Shown here: one piece after another, positions 43,973 through 54,519 of the stretch
Position numbering within the stretch: the stretch's first letter is position 1
How the letters are laid out: each line of letters opens with the position of its first letter
From: an uncultured Methanosarcinales archaeon
Lineage (GTDB): Archaea; Nanobdellota; Nanobdellia; Woesearchaeales; DSVV01
Direction: 5' to 3'
DNA: 64,000 nt
NCBI GenBank assembly: GCA_964593285.1
Contig: CAZQHZ010000005.1
Span: forward strand, 1 to 64,000
Notes under the pieces: model-generated
The model's database searches: none
Told to the model about the DNA's origin: nothing
Seen by the model: only the letters and a program-made list of their open reading frames with translations
Program-made: the position numbers and the translations under genes

Positions 43973-44401
43973 TTATTCAACAATTTTTATCTTTTCTGTT
44001 TTTTGATCGCAAAAAGGACAGCTTTTTGGAATTTCTTTTACAAAATTATATGAAAATTCATATTTACATGAAGAACATTTATATTTTACTTTTTCATTTG
44101 AAATTCTTTTAACTTTTGGTAAACTTTGTCTTTTTTGTATATTTAATTCAACTAATCGTTCATCAATTTTATCCCAGCCAGCCCTTTCATTTTGTTTTGC
44201 TTTTTTATTTATAATATCAACAGGAGATTCAATTTCTTCTTCATAATTTTGTTTATTTAAATTAACATTTTTATAGGTTTCACGTTTTCGTTGATTAGAA
44301 CAACTTATACAAACCGCCATTTTTAAAACATTGTCAATTACAAAATCACTAACCTTTGTATCTTTACCACATTTTTTGCATTTTGCTTTAATTGTATCCA
44401 T
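43973..44401 (-). CDS. Zinc-ribbon hypothetical protein
   Basis: Four CxxC pairs. Confidence 0.75.
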   Translation of the reverse strand: MDTIKAKCKKCGKDTKVSDFVIDNVLKMAVCISCSNQRKRETYKNVNLNKQNYEEEIESPVDIINKKAKQNERAGWDKIDERLVELNIQKRQSLPKVKRISNEKVKYKCSSCKYEFSYNFVKEIPKSCPFCDQKTEKIKIVE

Positions 44402-44444
44402 ATTTATACTTATAAGAATTTTTAATATTTAAATTTATCTTTTT

Positions 44445-45536
44445 TTACAAAATTTTATTTTTTTTAACATAAGAATTAATAATTTTAAGACCTTTCTTAA
44501 TTTTACATTCATCTAATGCATAACTTAATCTGATATGGTTGTTTGCTCCAAACCATTCTCCTCTATAAACAACAACATTATGATCAAAATATAAGTCATG
44601 AATTACTTTGTTTGAATTTTTTACTTTTGGTAAAACATAAAATGCACCTTCTGGTTTATTTAATTCAAATCCTATCTCATTTAATCCATTATATATTAAA
44701 TTTCGTCTTTTTTCCCAAATTTTTCTTTGATTTTCAATATATTCTTTTGGAATTTTTGTTGCAAGAAATGCACGTTTTTGAGCTTTTATGTTTGTATTCA
44801 TTGATGTATGAGTTTTCATTTCAATAACTTTTCGTACTAATTCATCATCATTAGACCATAAGTATCCAATTCTATCCCCACACATTGAATATGTTTTTGA
44901 AAAAGAATTAATAGTTACAACTTTTGGACCTTTAATAAAATAATTCTCTCGTTCATAAATTAAATCTTTATAGACTTCATCTGAAATAACAGTGATTTTT
45001 TTTTTATTAGTTATATTTTCAATTTTTTTTAAAGTTTCAATATTCTCAACTCTTCCAGTTGGATTAGATGGAGAATTTATTAAAACAGCACAGCAACTAT
45101 CAATCTTTTTTTCTAAATCAGTAAAATCAATTTTTCCATTTTTTAATTCAGTATATAGTGGATTTAAACCTGAAAAATTAATAGTAAAAGGATATGAATA
45201 ATAATATGGCTTTGGTACTAATACATTTCTTTTCTTTTCTTTATTTGATAACACTCTAAATGTTAAATCAAGTGCTTCTGATGCACCATTTGTTATGACA
45301 AATGAGTCTTTTGTAGAATTAGTATATTTTTTTGTTAAGTTATATTGGTTTGATAAAGCATCTCGTAGCCATTCTTCACCTTGAACTAATCCATATTTAA
45401 AATCAGATGAATTACAAGTTATTAATTCTATTTCTTTTGGTGGTGGTAAATCAGGTTGGCCTGAACCAAATGAGATTATATCTTTTGAATTTTTTCCAAT
45501 GAAAAATGATGGGCTTGTTATTTTATTTAAATCCAT
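44445..45536 (-). CDS. Class I/II PLP aminotransferase
   Basis: GQPD, NSPSNPTG, SDEVY and SFSKTYSMCGDRIG motifs. Confidence 0.94.
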   Translation of the reverse strand: MDLNKITSPSFFIGKNSKDIISFGSGQPDLPPPKEIELITCNSSDFKYGLVQGEEWLRDALSNQYNLTKKYTNSTKDSFVITNGASEALDLTFRVLSNKEKKRNVLVPKPYYYSYPFTINFSGLNPLYTELKNGKIDFTDLEKKIDSCCAVLINSPSNPTGRVENIETLKKIENITNKKKITVISDEVYKDLIYERENYFIKGPKVVTINSFSKTYSMCGDRIGYLWSNDDELVRKVIEMKTHTSMNTNIKAQKRAFLATKIPKEYIENQRKIWEKRRNLIYNGLNEIGFELNKPEGAFYVLPKVKNSNKVIHDLYFDHNVVVYRGEWFGANNHIRLSYALDECKIKKGLKIINSYVKKNKIL

Positions 45537-45632
45537 TAAAGTTGAGAATTAAAAAGATATTTAAAAATTTAACTTAAAAAAATTTTAAAAATAGAAATCC
45601 TTTTAAATGATAAATAAATCTTTTTATAATAT

Positions 45633-45759
45633 GCCGATGTAGCCCAGTTGGTTAGAGCGCTAGACTCATATGTTTTTGAGTGATGAGCTAAAATTTAGCG
45701 ATGAAAATAGCTTTAACTGAGTTATCTAGAGGTCGGGGGTTCGAGTCCCCTCATCGGCA
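45633..45759 (+). tRNA. tRNA-Met(CAU), elongator, with 53-nt intron 45671-45723
   Basis: Acceptor GCCGATG/CATCGGC, anticodon arm CTAGA-CTCATA^A-TCTAG, T loop GTTCGAGTC and BHB helix CUCA/UGAG. It lacks the initiator A1-U72 and GGG/CCC features. Confidence 0.95.
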
Positions 45760-45831
45760 CTTTTACTATATCTTTTATAAATTAAGATTTAAATCAAAAA
45801 TATTAAATAGGCAATTAATTTTTTATATTTT

Positions 45832-46464
45832 ATGAATTTATCTAATTTTAAAAAAGCAAATAAAAATATATCATCTTATTTTACAAAGAAAATAATTTTT
45901 ATTAGTTCATTTTTTATAATTTTGTTTTTCATATTCTTTTTTGCTTTAATAAAGCCATCTATTGTTGGCTATTCTGTTTACAAAGAAATGTCGTCAAATG
46001 AAGTACCAATGAATTCTTATATTTTAAGTATAAATGAATTAAATGAAGAATTATTAAAAAAAAAGACTAATTTAAGTGTTTGCTATAACCTTTCAAATGA
46101 CTTATTTTTTACATTAAATCAAAAATTAAATAATAGTATAAATTGTTTTAAATCACTGTCAAATTGCTCATTTGAATTAAGAATGAAAATACAGCAAATA
46201 AATACTTTAAATGATTTAAAGAAAGAAAACGAATTAACTTTTCAAAATGAAATTTCAAATATAAAAAAAGAACATAAAAATGAATTAAGTGATTTAAATT
46301 ATGAATTAAAAAAAATAAAACAAGAATATGATAAAATAATTCAAAACAGCGCAAATAATATATGTTGTAAAGCAAAAGTTGATAATAATCTTATTGATTC
46401 ATATAGCTTAGTAAATGATAAAATTGCTTGTAAAACTAATGGCAATTTTACTATAACATGTTAA
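45832..46464 (+). CDS. Membrane-anchored coiled-coil hypothetical protein
   Basis: TM followed by PSIVGY, then a coiled coil and C-terminal ANNICCK..C..C. Confidence 0.75.
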   Translation: MNLSNFKKANKNISSYFTKKIIFISSFFIILFFIFFFALIKPSIVGYSVYKEMSSNEVPMNSYILSINELNEELLKKKTNLSVCYNLSNDLFFTLNQKLNNSINCFKSLSNCSFELRMKIQQINTLNDLKKENELTFQNEISNIKKEHKNELSDLNYELKKIKQEYDKIIQNSANNICCKAKVDNNLIDSYSLVNDKIACKTNGNFTITC

Positions 46465-46537
46465 AATATTTATTAAATTTTAATTATACCACTCTTTAAT
46501 GACAACATTTTTAAAGAAGTACTATTTTCTATAAAAT

Positions 46538-47323
46538 ATGCTTGCGCTAAACCAAATATTTGGAATATTAAATAAAAAAAATAATGATTTTATTTTTGAT
46601 ATAGACTATAGAGTAAATAAACGAATTAATCCAAACTATGAAGAAATTACTGGAAAAAAGATTAAAGGTAACTATATTAATGAAATACTTAATCAATATA
46701 TAAAAGAAACAAAAGGTGTTTTACAGGCAATCCCACCAGAAAATGAAGGGAAAAATTTAGATTTTTTTATCAGCCAAATAAATGATAATTCCTTATCAAT
46801 TGAACCTAAAATGGTCAATCAAGATAAAAAAAATTTAAAAAAATATAATTTTTTACGATTTAATTTTGACATGAAAAATAATCAATATACTTTTGATACA
46901 TCTATTTTAGGTGAGATAAATAATAAAAATAATACTGAATATATTATAAATAAGCCTAAGTTAATTTTTGAAGAAAAATTGCCATATATAGGTTATAAAA
47001 TTAAAAATATTCTTGATGCTAAATTTAACAATGATGAAATAATTGAATTTGGAAATAATGGGATAGTATTTACTTCAAATGAAAATTATTTAGTTAATAA
47101 AAAAATAATGGATTCAAAACTTTATTTACCAAAAATTCAAACAAAAAATCATGAATATAATGGAGGAAAAATTACTCTACCTGAAGTTATTATTAAATAT
47201 AAATGTTCTAATTTTAAAAAAAAAGAGTATGGTATAAAGTTTGAAAAATTCAATAATTCAAATGATAAAAAATTATTTAATGATTTTCTTTTTAGCTTGA
47301 AAAAAAAATACATCTACGAATAA
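46538..47323 (+). CDS. Hypothetical protein
   Basis: 261-aa ORF; no motif recognised. Confidence 0.65.
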   Translation: MLALNQIFGILNKKNNDFIFDIDYRVNKRINPNYEEITGKKIKGNYINEILNQYIKETKGVLQAIPPENEGKNLDFFISQINDNSLSIEPKMVNQDKKNLKKYNFLRFNFDMKNNQYTFDTSILGEINNKNNTEYIINKPKLIFEEKLPYIGYKIKNILDAKFNNDEIIEFGNNGIVFTSNENYLVNKKIMDSKLYLPKIQTKNHEYNGGKITLPEVIIKYKCSNFKKKEYGIKFEKFNNSNDKKLFNDFLFSLKKKYIYE

Positions 47324-47375
47324 AATTATTTTTTTATCCAATATTTTTTTATTATAATTTGTTTTTTGTAATGTA

Positions 47376-47765
47376 TTAAGTATTAAGAATTTTTGAAATA
47401 ATTCCATAAAGATCTCTTTTATAAAAACAATCATTAAATCCTGGATTTCTCGAAGAGTTCTTATCTAAATATTTATTATATTTACTAATTGAATAAATTC
47501 TAGCAGGATATAAATTATTCTTTTTTTCATACTCTCTTATTTTTAGAGTCATTCTATCTCCTTTCATAAAAGGCATGTTTATATCACTTAACACCAAATT
47601 AAATCTATCATTTTCCGAATTTTTAATATATTTTTCAAAACCTTCAAGTCCATCATTTGCAGTTTTATATTTAATTTTTAAACGTGTTAAAATAGAACTA
47701 TAAAATGTTCTAATAAAATAATTATTATCAACAACTAATACATTTAATGATTTTTTATCTTCCAT
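47376..47765 (-). CDS. Stand-alone response regulator receiver (CheY-like)
   Basis: VLVVDN, ANDGLEG and LVLSDINMP motifs. Confidence 0.88.
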   Translation of the reverse strand: MEDKKSLNVLVVDNNYFIRTFYSSILTRLKIKYKTANDGLEGFEKYIKNSENDRFNLVLSDINMPFMKGDRMTLKIREYEKKNNLYPARIYSISKYNKYLDKNSSRNPGFNDCFYKRDLYGIISKILNT

Positions 47766-47775
47766 TTTTAATAAA

Positions 47776-49296
47776 TTAAATTACATTACCATCTTTATAT
47801 TTTGGAAATGTTAAATAAAATGTTGTTCCTTTTTCAATTTCACTTTCAACATTGATCATTCCATTTTGTTTTTCTATATATCTTTTAACTAAATCAAGTC
47901 CAAGTCCAGTACTTTTCTCTCCTCTAATTCCATCTTTATGTTTTTTAACAGATATATCAAATAAATTATCAAGGGTGTGTTTATCCATTCCAACTCCTGT
48001 ATCTTTTATTGATACCATATAATTATTTTCTTTTTCTTTAGCATCTAAAATAATACTTCCATCCTTTTTAGTATATTTAATAGAATTACCAATAAGATTT
48101 CTAAAAATAGTTGAAGTCATTTTATAATCACCTTCAATAAATAAATTAGGATATACTAAATTTTTAAAATTAATACCATATTTTTCAAACATGTTTTGAT
48201 TTATTTTATACACATCGCAAATTACTTTTCTAAGTTCTAATTTTTCAGGTCTGTAAATTTCTTCACTTTTACTTGCTACAGCCCACTCTAATAAATCTTC
48301 TAATAATTTATATGTATTTTTTGTTGAATTAGCAATATCTTGGAAAATTTTCCTTTTTTCTTCATCTGAAAAATCATCATAATTATCATTAAGTATTTGA
48401 GAAACCCCTAAAATACTATTTAAAGGTGACTTTAAGTCATGAGCTAATATAGAAAAAAATTTATCTTTTGTATCATTTACTTCTTGAAGTGTGTTTTTTT
48501 GATTAATTAATTCTTGTTGATAATTTTTTAAATTAGTTATATCTCTAATATATGAGATATATTCATCTTCAGATAATTTTTTACAATCAAGCAATACATC
48601 AAATATTTCATTATTTTTATTTTTTATTTGTAATTCTAAATTCTTTTTTCCATTTAACGATTCTATTAATTCCTTGTTATTTTTTTTATCATTATCTTCT
48701 TTTAGTATTACATCTGAAACGGATAATTTAGTTATCTCCTCACAAAAATAATTCAGATGTTTACATGCAGAAGGATTAGCAAAGATATATTTACCCTCAT
48801 TATCTGTAATCATTACAGTAACAGGAGAATTCATAATATAATTTTCAAATTTGCTTTTATTTCCTAATGCCTTTTTTTGCAGTTCTTTATTTTTTGTTAT
48901 ATCACTTGCAATTCCTTGAAATCCTATTATATTATTATTTTCATATAAAGGTATTGCATTTGAATTATGAATTCTCCACTCACCATTTAAATGTTTTACT
49001 CTATACTCAATATTTTCTTTTTTTACTCCTGTTTTTAAAACTTCTACTAATGCATTTTCACAAATGTATTGGTCGTTTTCATGGACAAAATCTTTAAATG
49101 ATTTACCAATAGTCTCATTTACATCATGACCTAAAATATTAGTCCATGCTTTTGATACAAAAGTAAAAATACCCTCTGGATTTATAGTGTATATAATATC
49201 TGGTGTGTTATCTACTAATAATTTATAATTTTCTTTTTCTTTTTCTAATTTTTTTCTTAGTTCATTAATTTTTGCTTCTAAATTTTCTTTAACCAC
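47776..49296 (-). CDS. Cytoplasmic PAS-PAS histidine kinase
   Basis: Two PAS domains; AHDLKSP, NLIGNSIKY, DTGVG and GLGL motifs. Confidence 0.94.
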   Translation of the reverse strand: MVKENLEAKINELRKKLEKEKENYKLLVDNTPDIIYTINPEGIFTFVSKAWTNILGHDVNETIGKSFKDFVHENDQYICENALVEVLKTGVKKENIEYRVKHLNGEWRIHNSNAIPLYENNNIIGFQGIASDITKNKELQKKALGNKSKFENYIMNSPVTVMITDNEGKYIFANPSACKHLNYFCEEITKLSVSDVILKEDNDKKNNKELIESLNGKKNLELQIKNKNNEIFDVLLDCKKLSEDEYISYIRDITNLKNYQQELINQKNTLQEVNDTKDKFFSILAHDLKSPLNSILGVSQILNDNYDDFSDEEKRKIFQDIANSTKNTYKLLEDLLEWAVASKSEEIYRPEKLELRKVICDVYKINQNMFEKYGINFKNLVYPNLFIEGDYKMTSTIFRNLIGNSIKYTKKDGSIILDAKEKENNYMVSIKDTGVGMDKHTLDNLFDISVKKHKDGIRGEKSTGLGLDLVKRYIEKQNGMINVESEIEKGTTFYLTFPKYKDGNVI

Positions 49297-49376
49297 AATT
49301 AGATAGTAATATTTAGTTATTATTAAGTTTTTTGTTTTGCAATTTTTTTTATTAAATTAATTATTAGAAATTTTAG

Positions 49377-49416
49377 AATTATTATTTATTATAACCAACT
49401 TGAGAAATATAATCCC
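49377..49416. repeat. Direct repeat, left copy (duplicate of the 3' end of gene 50812..51348)
   Basis: 39/40 identity with 50807-50846. Confidence 0.9.
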
Positions 49417-49565
49417 TTTTTTTAAAATTTATATAATAAAATAATTTTTTATAATTAAATTTAGAGAATTATAATTTAAAAATTCTTTTTAAACATTATA
49501 AAAAAATTATTCAAAAAAATTGTTAAATTTTGAATATTAGTAATAAATATGTAATAAAAGTAAAT

Positions 49566-50081
49566 TTAAGTTAACTTTAATATATCTTTTGCTTTAGATA
49601 TAAATAATGTTGATTTTATTCTTATTTGTTCAACTTCTTTTTTTGTATAATTTGTTTTTGTTAGGTATGTTGCATCTTCTCTTTTGTTTTTTGATTCAAC
49701 ATAAAATAAAATATCTTGATAGTCTAACAATTTCCCTAATATTTCTATATCATCACTATTTAAACCTTTATCATAGAATTCTCTAATTAATAATAATAGA
49801 GTTGCTAAATGATTTTTTGATGAATATCCTTTTGTCATTATTAATGCCAAAGCACTATGATATGATGCGTAATAACATCCAATTATTGCCCAATCAATAT
49901 AGTTTAGTTTAATATTATCAGCTACAAATCTTAAGTTATGTTCTGATTTTAGTATATGTCCTTTTATTTCTCTTTTATTTTCATTTTCTTTCTTAATTAT
50001 TTTTTTTTCAATATATTCTTTTATTTTTTCATCTACAAAATTAGGATTTTTTATATATTTATCAATTTCATATTTTTGCAT
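49566..50081 (-). CDS. HEPN domain protein (toxin)
   Basis: DWAIIGCYYASYHSALAL, SKNH and KREDATY motifs. Confidence 0.88.
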   Translation of the reverse strand: MQKYEIDKYIKNPNFVDEKIKEYIEKKIIKKENENKREIKGHILKSEHNLRFVADNIKLNYIDWAIIGCYYASYHSALALIMTKGYSSKNHLATLLLLIREFYDKGLNSDDIEILGKLLDYQDILFYVESKNKREDATYLTKTNYTKKEVEQIRIKSTLFISKAKDILKLT

Positions 50082-50667
50082 TTCTTATTTCCTCATAATA
50101 TTTTATGTGATTTATTAAAGGATAACCTGTTTCTAATGCTGATTGAATAACCATGTCATTTTTTAATTTAAGTTCCTTAATAAATTTTTTGTAATCAATC
50201 TGGAAAGTACTAATTTTTAATGTAGATTGTACATTAGCTTCATTTTCAGCTTTTTTTGCATTTATTCTTTCATTTGTTACGATTAATATATCTATATCTG
50301 ATTCATCCCTAAATGTATCTTTTGCAGTTGATCCAAAAAGAATTACAAAAATAGGTTGTTTTAAAAGATTATTTAAATAAGTCTCTATTGCTACCCGTCT
50401 AATTGAGGGTAACTTTTCATATCTTTCAATGTCAAAAAATGTTATAATTGAATATGTTTTTTTATTATCTTTTATTGAAAAAAATTTCATGTTGCCTTTT
50501 TTTTCTGATAATAAAATATTATCTTTTTCTAATTTACTTAAAAACCGATAAGCACTATTTTCATTAAGCTTAGTTTTTTTAGCAATTTCTCTAAGATGAA
50601 AACTTTTTTTATTTACATAAAAAAGCCTTAATATATTCAAATATCCTTTACTAATTATGTTTAACAT
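50068..50667 (-). CDS. HTH plus minimal nucleotidyltransferase (MNT antitoxin)
   Basis: HLREIAK HTH; LFGSTAK......SDIDIL; overlaps the HEPN gene. Confidence 0.9.
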   Translation of the reverse strand: MLNIISKGYLNILRLFYVNKKSFHLREIAKKTKLNENSAYRFLSKLEKDNILLSEKKGNMKFFSIKDNKKTYSIITFFDIERYEKLPSIRRVAIETYLNNLLKQPIFVILFGSTAKDTFRDESDIDILIVTNERINAKKAENEANVQSTLKISTFQIDYKKFIKELKLKNDMVIQSALETGYPLINHIKYYEEIRNAKI

Positions 50668-50806
50668 TTTTAAACAAATGTTGTAATTATTTAAACATTT
50701 AAATATTTTACGGTTTGTATTATAAATTTTTTAAAAAATAATTTTAGATTAACAGTTAATAAATTAATAGTTTATATTTAAAAAAATTAATATAAAAAAG
50801 CAACTT

Positions 50807-50846
50807 AATTATTATTTATTATAACCAACTTGGGAAATATAATCCC
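50807..50846. repeat. Direct repeat, right copy
   Basis: aattattatttattataaccaacttgggaaatataatccc; includes the stop codon of gene 50812..51348. Confidence 0.9.
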
Positions 50847-51348
50847 CTTTTAAGTCTTTCATTAATTTTCGGCTTCCATTAGCAAGCTGTTTAAATGATT
50901 CATTATACAAATTATCTTGTGAATTCATTATTTTATTGTAAATTTCTTCTGCTCTTTGAATACTATCATACCCTGGATTGTTTGTTATTTCTTTTAACTC
51001 ATCATATATGTTAAAAATATATTCTAAATTTTCATCTTTTTTAGAAGAATAGCTAGTGAATTGTTCTTCTTTATCTTCTGTATTTATTTTTATTTCTTCT
51101 GTATTTAATAAATCATTTAAATTTGATTTTTCATCTTTTAAAATTTTAACATTAGAAACAATATTACTTATATTTTTTTCTTTAATTGATTCTTTAAGTA
51201 AAACATCTATTTTGTTTTTTTCTTTTTCTTCTTTTTCTTTTAATTTTTTTAAAATAATTATTCTATTTTCTGCTGTAAATAATTTAATTTTTTCAAATAA
51301 TTCTTTTCTTGGTAAATCAAGAATTTTATTTATTTCTTTTTCATTCAT
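50812..51348 (-). CDS. Hypothetical protein
   Basis: 178-aa charged ORF, operonic with the upstream gene. Confidence 0.7.
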   Translation of the reverse strand: MNEKEINKILDLPRKELFEKIKLFTAENRIIILKKLKEKEEKEKNKIDVLLKESIKEKNISNIVSNVKILKDEKSNLNDLLNTEEIKINTEDKEEQFTSYSSKKDENLEYIFNIYDELKEITNNPGYDSIQRAEEIYNKIMNSQDNLYNESFKQLANGSRKLMKDLKGDYISQVGYNK

Positions 51349-51366
51349 ATTAATTGTTTTAAATAA

Positions 51367-52836
51367 TTACCATGCAAGCATTTTATTATTTTTTTTAAAA
51401 TTTTTATAAACCTGCCAACTTGCTCGTACAGCATTACCTGTTGCAATTTTTGTTTCATTATCAATAACAACTTTATTTGGTTGATTTTTTTGAGTTGTTT
51501 TAGTAGATGAAAAGAAGGGTTCATAAAAAATATCTTTAAACCCATATAATAGAGCAACAAAAGGATCTGTGTCTTTTAGTGATTTTTTTGGTTTAGTTTC
51601 TTCTTTATCTTTTTTTGTAAATTCAAAATTATCTTCAGCCTCTTTTAAATATTTTTCAAGCTCTTCACCTAAAGATTCCATCGCAGCTTTTAGACTTGAA
51701 TCAACATTACCAATTAAATCTAAATCTTCTTTTTGACGCATTTTAACATATTTATCAATAGTTTCTTTATTCCAAGCATATGCTCTAATATTAACTTCTG
51801 CTTTTCCAATATGCATTGGACCTCGTTGATATTCTGTTTGAAAATTCATTGAAGGTTTTAATCTATACCTAAAATTAATTAAAACAACAGAATAAATATG
51901 TTTATTATGAAACATATATTTTGAATCACCATGACTTGGTGGAAGTTTATAAAATAAATTTTCAATTTCTGTAATTGAGCCTTCAAATGAACTAATCATA
52001 TCAACTTCATCAGTTCTATCTTGCAAAGTTAATCGCCTTAAATTTCTCATATATGGTTTTACCCAAGAAATATACATTCTAATTGAATTAAAATGTTGTC
52101 TTAAATATCTTAATGTAAATATTTTTCTATTTTTTATTTCTTTATATGTTGAAAATTTCCATTGCATAAAAGTTCTTAATTTTCTTTTTAGTACTTCTTT
52201 TACTTTAATATTAAATTCAAGACCATTTACAATTGAATCTATTTCTTCAAGAGTTACAGGATGTGTTGCAAAAAATATATCAGGAAGAGTAGTAAATTGT
52301 AATTCACGTGCCATTCCATAAACTGATGCAGGATTTTTTGAACCACCCTCAACTTGATCAATCCACAGACCCTTTAAAACAATTTCAGCACTCTCCCTTG
52401 TTTTTGAATCTTTATTCATACTATCTTCATAATATCCAAATCTTTCATCTATAATTCTCAGTTCCCTAACAATTTGAAACAATTCTTTAACCATTTTTCC
52501 AATTGTCCCCATAAACATTGATACTTTTTCTTGTTGCATTCCAAGTCTTTGCTGAGCATTTCCAAAAAAAGAAGAATTTTCAGATGCTGAAAATAAATCA
52601 GAAATTTTTTTAACAAAAGGAAAACCTTCACCAACCATAATACAATCAGTAATCCAATAGTATATTTCTTCTGCTGGTTTATTAAAATCTTCTAATATAA
52701 ACCGATAACTTTGAATTGGTTTTGGATAACCTGTAAAACCTTCAACAAAATTACCTGCATTATCTCTTGCTATTTCAATAAATTCTTCATCAAAATTATA
52801 TTCTTTTAATAAATCTGATTTTTCAAGGCTTGCCAT
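51367..52836 (-). CDS. Conserved hypothetical protein
   Basis: 489-aa high-complexity ORF (LKGLWIDQVEGG..NPASVYG; YISWVKPY); no function recognised. Confidence 0.85.
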   Translation of the reverse strand: MASLEKSDLLKEYNFDEEFIEIARDNAGNFVEGFTGYPKPIQSYRFILEDFNKPAEEIYYWITDCIMVGEGFPFVKKISDLFSASENSSFFGNAQQRLGMQQEKVSMFMGTIGKMVKELFQIVRELRIIDERFGYYEDSMNKDSKTRESAEIVLKGLWIDQVEGGSKNPASVYGMARELQFTTLPDIFFATHPVTLEEIDSIVNGLEFNIKVKEVLKRKLRTFMQWKFSTYKEIKNRKIFTLRYLRQHFNSIRMYISWVKPYMRNLRRLTLQDRTDEVDMISSFEGSITEIENLFYKLPPSHGDSKYMFHNKHIYSVVLINFRYRLKPSMNFQTEYQRGPMHIGKAEVNIRAYAWNKETIDKYVKMRQKEDLDLIGNVDSSLKAAMESLGEELEKYLKEAEDNFEFTKKDKEETKPKKSLKDTDPFVALLYGFKDIFYEPFFSSTKTTQKNQPNKVVIDNETKIATGNAVRASWQVYKNFKKNNKMLAW

Positions 52837-52937
52837 TTTTAGTAAATTAAATTAAAATGTGATAATTTTTTTATAATTAAATATACATATTTGTTTTTTA
52901 TAATATTTTCGTTTTTAATTATATTTAAAATGAAAAA

Positions 52938-53213
52938 TTAATTTTTTTTAGTATCTTTATAAAATGTAGCAGACATTCCAATAACTAAAACCAATTTTGA
53001 TTCTGTTTTTTTAGATATTAATAATGCAAGTTCATCTACATTACTGTCAATTAATGATGATTTTAAAAATTTAATTTTTATTAATTTTCTTTTTTTTAAA
53101 TGTTTATTAATCTCTTCTATTAATGAATCAGTAATTCCTGTTTTTCCAATTCTAACAAGTATTGGCAATTTTACAGATTCTTTTTTTAATTTATTTAAAT
53201 CAATTGATGTCAT
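52938..53213 (-). CDS. YhbY/CRM RNA-binding protein
   Basis: VRIGKTGIT..LIEEI..HLKKRKLIKIKF..VIG. Confidence 0.9.
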   Translation of the reverse strand: MTSIDLNKLKKESVKLPILVRIGKTGITDSLIEEINKHLKKRKLIKIKFLKSSLIDSNVDELALLISKKTESKLVLVIGMSATFYKDTKKN

Positions 53214-53308
53214 TTTAAATAATATATTTAAGTTTATTTAAATAATTTATTAAAATTTCAAAAAAATAAACCAAAAAATATATAAAACAGAAGATAATAA
53301 AAACATTA

Positions 53309-53857
53309 ATGCAAGAAATATATAATACTATAAAAAAACAAGAATATAAATTAAGTTACTTGCAAGAAAATATTGAAACAATTAGCTATTCTATAATTTG
53401 TTTTTTTATACCTTTTTTAATTGCAAAACCACAATTTTTAGTTGGAATGCTTGTAAATTGTGCATTAATTCTTGCTGCATTAAATATAAAAAATTATAAA
53501 TTACTGCCTATTATAATATTACCAAGCATTGGTGTATTAACTGCAGGATTAATATTTGGTCCTTTGAGTATGTTTTTAATTTATATGATTCCATTTATTT
53601 GGATTTCAAATTTTATAATTGTTTATTCATTTAAATATTTATATTTAAAAAATAAATTAAATAAATGGACAAGTTTAATAATTTCTGCTATATTTAAAGT
53701 TTCATTATTGTTTATTAGTGCATTTTTTTTAGTAAAATTAAGCATATTACCTGCATTATTTTTAACCACAATGGGTTTAGTGCAATTATATACTGCAATT
53801 TCTGGTGGAATAATAGCTTTTGCTATTCAAAAAATAAAAACAAAATATATTAATTAA
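53309..53857 (+). CDS. Membrane protein, ECF S-component-like
   Basis: QFLVGMLVN, IPFIWISN and QLYTAISGG motifs. Confidence 0.7.
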   Translation: MQEIYNTIKKQEYKLSYLQENIETISYSIICFFIPFLIAKPQFLVGMLVNCALILAALNIKNYKLLPIIILPSIGVLTAGLIFGPLSMFLIYMIPFIWISNFIIVYSFKYLYLKNKLNKWTSLIISAIFKVSLLFISAFFLVKLSILPALFLTTMGLVQLYTAISGGIIAFAIQKIKTKYIN

Positions 53858-54072
53858 ATTCTTAAAATATAACCAATAGCTAAATCTATTTATTTTGAAG
53901 AGATAAAGAGTAAAAAATGGAAAAAATGCTAATTTTACCAAATACTAACAAAAAAGTTTATGATAAAATTTTTCCACACTTTTTATTGCAAAATTAACTA
54001 ACAAAATCTCAACACTAAATGTATCTACTACAGAATAGAAATGTTTAAAAAAACAACCAATTTTAGTCGAGT

Positions 54073-54462
54073 ATGAATCACAATACAAATGAAAAATTAA
54101 ATATAATGGCAGTGGATGATGAAAAAATCTATCAGCTTTTATACGACAATTTGTTAAAAAAATATAATAATGTTGATTATCAAATTTTAAAAAATGGAAA
54201 AGAAGGATTAGAATATTATTTACAAAATAATGAAAAAATTGACATAATATTTACTGATATAACAATGCCTGAAATGGATGGAATTGAAATGACAAAAAAA
54301 ATCAAAAAATATGAAAATAATAATAATAATTCTAAAAATGTAAAAATTTATGCAGTAAGTTCTATTAGTAGAAAAGATTTTAAAAAAGAAGAATATTTTT
54401 TCGAATTTATTCAAAAACAATATTTAATTGACAAATTGAACTCAATTATTACAAAAAGTTGA
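54073..54462 (+). CDS. Stand-alone response regulator receiver
   Basis: MAVDDE, NGKEGL and IFTDITMPEMDG motifs. Confidence 0.92.
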   Translation: MNHNTNEKLNIMAVDDEKIYQLLYDNLLKKYNNVDYQILKNGKEGLEYYLQNNEKIDIIFTDITMPEMDGIEMTKKIKKYENNNNNSKNVKIYAVSSISRKDFKKEEYFFEFIQKQYLIDKLNSIITKS

Positions 54463-54519
54463 TTTTAAAAAATAAAAATCTTTTTAAAAAATTATAATTT
54501 CTAAAGTTTTTTTATAAAA

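Noticed and set aside
45633..50850. Island integrated at tRNA-Met
   Set aside because: The downstream genes look accessory, but I found no duplicate of the tRNA 3' end and no adjacent integrase.
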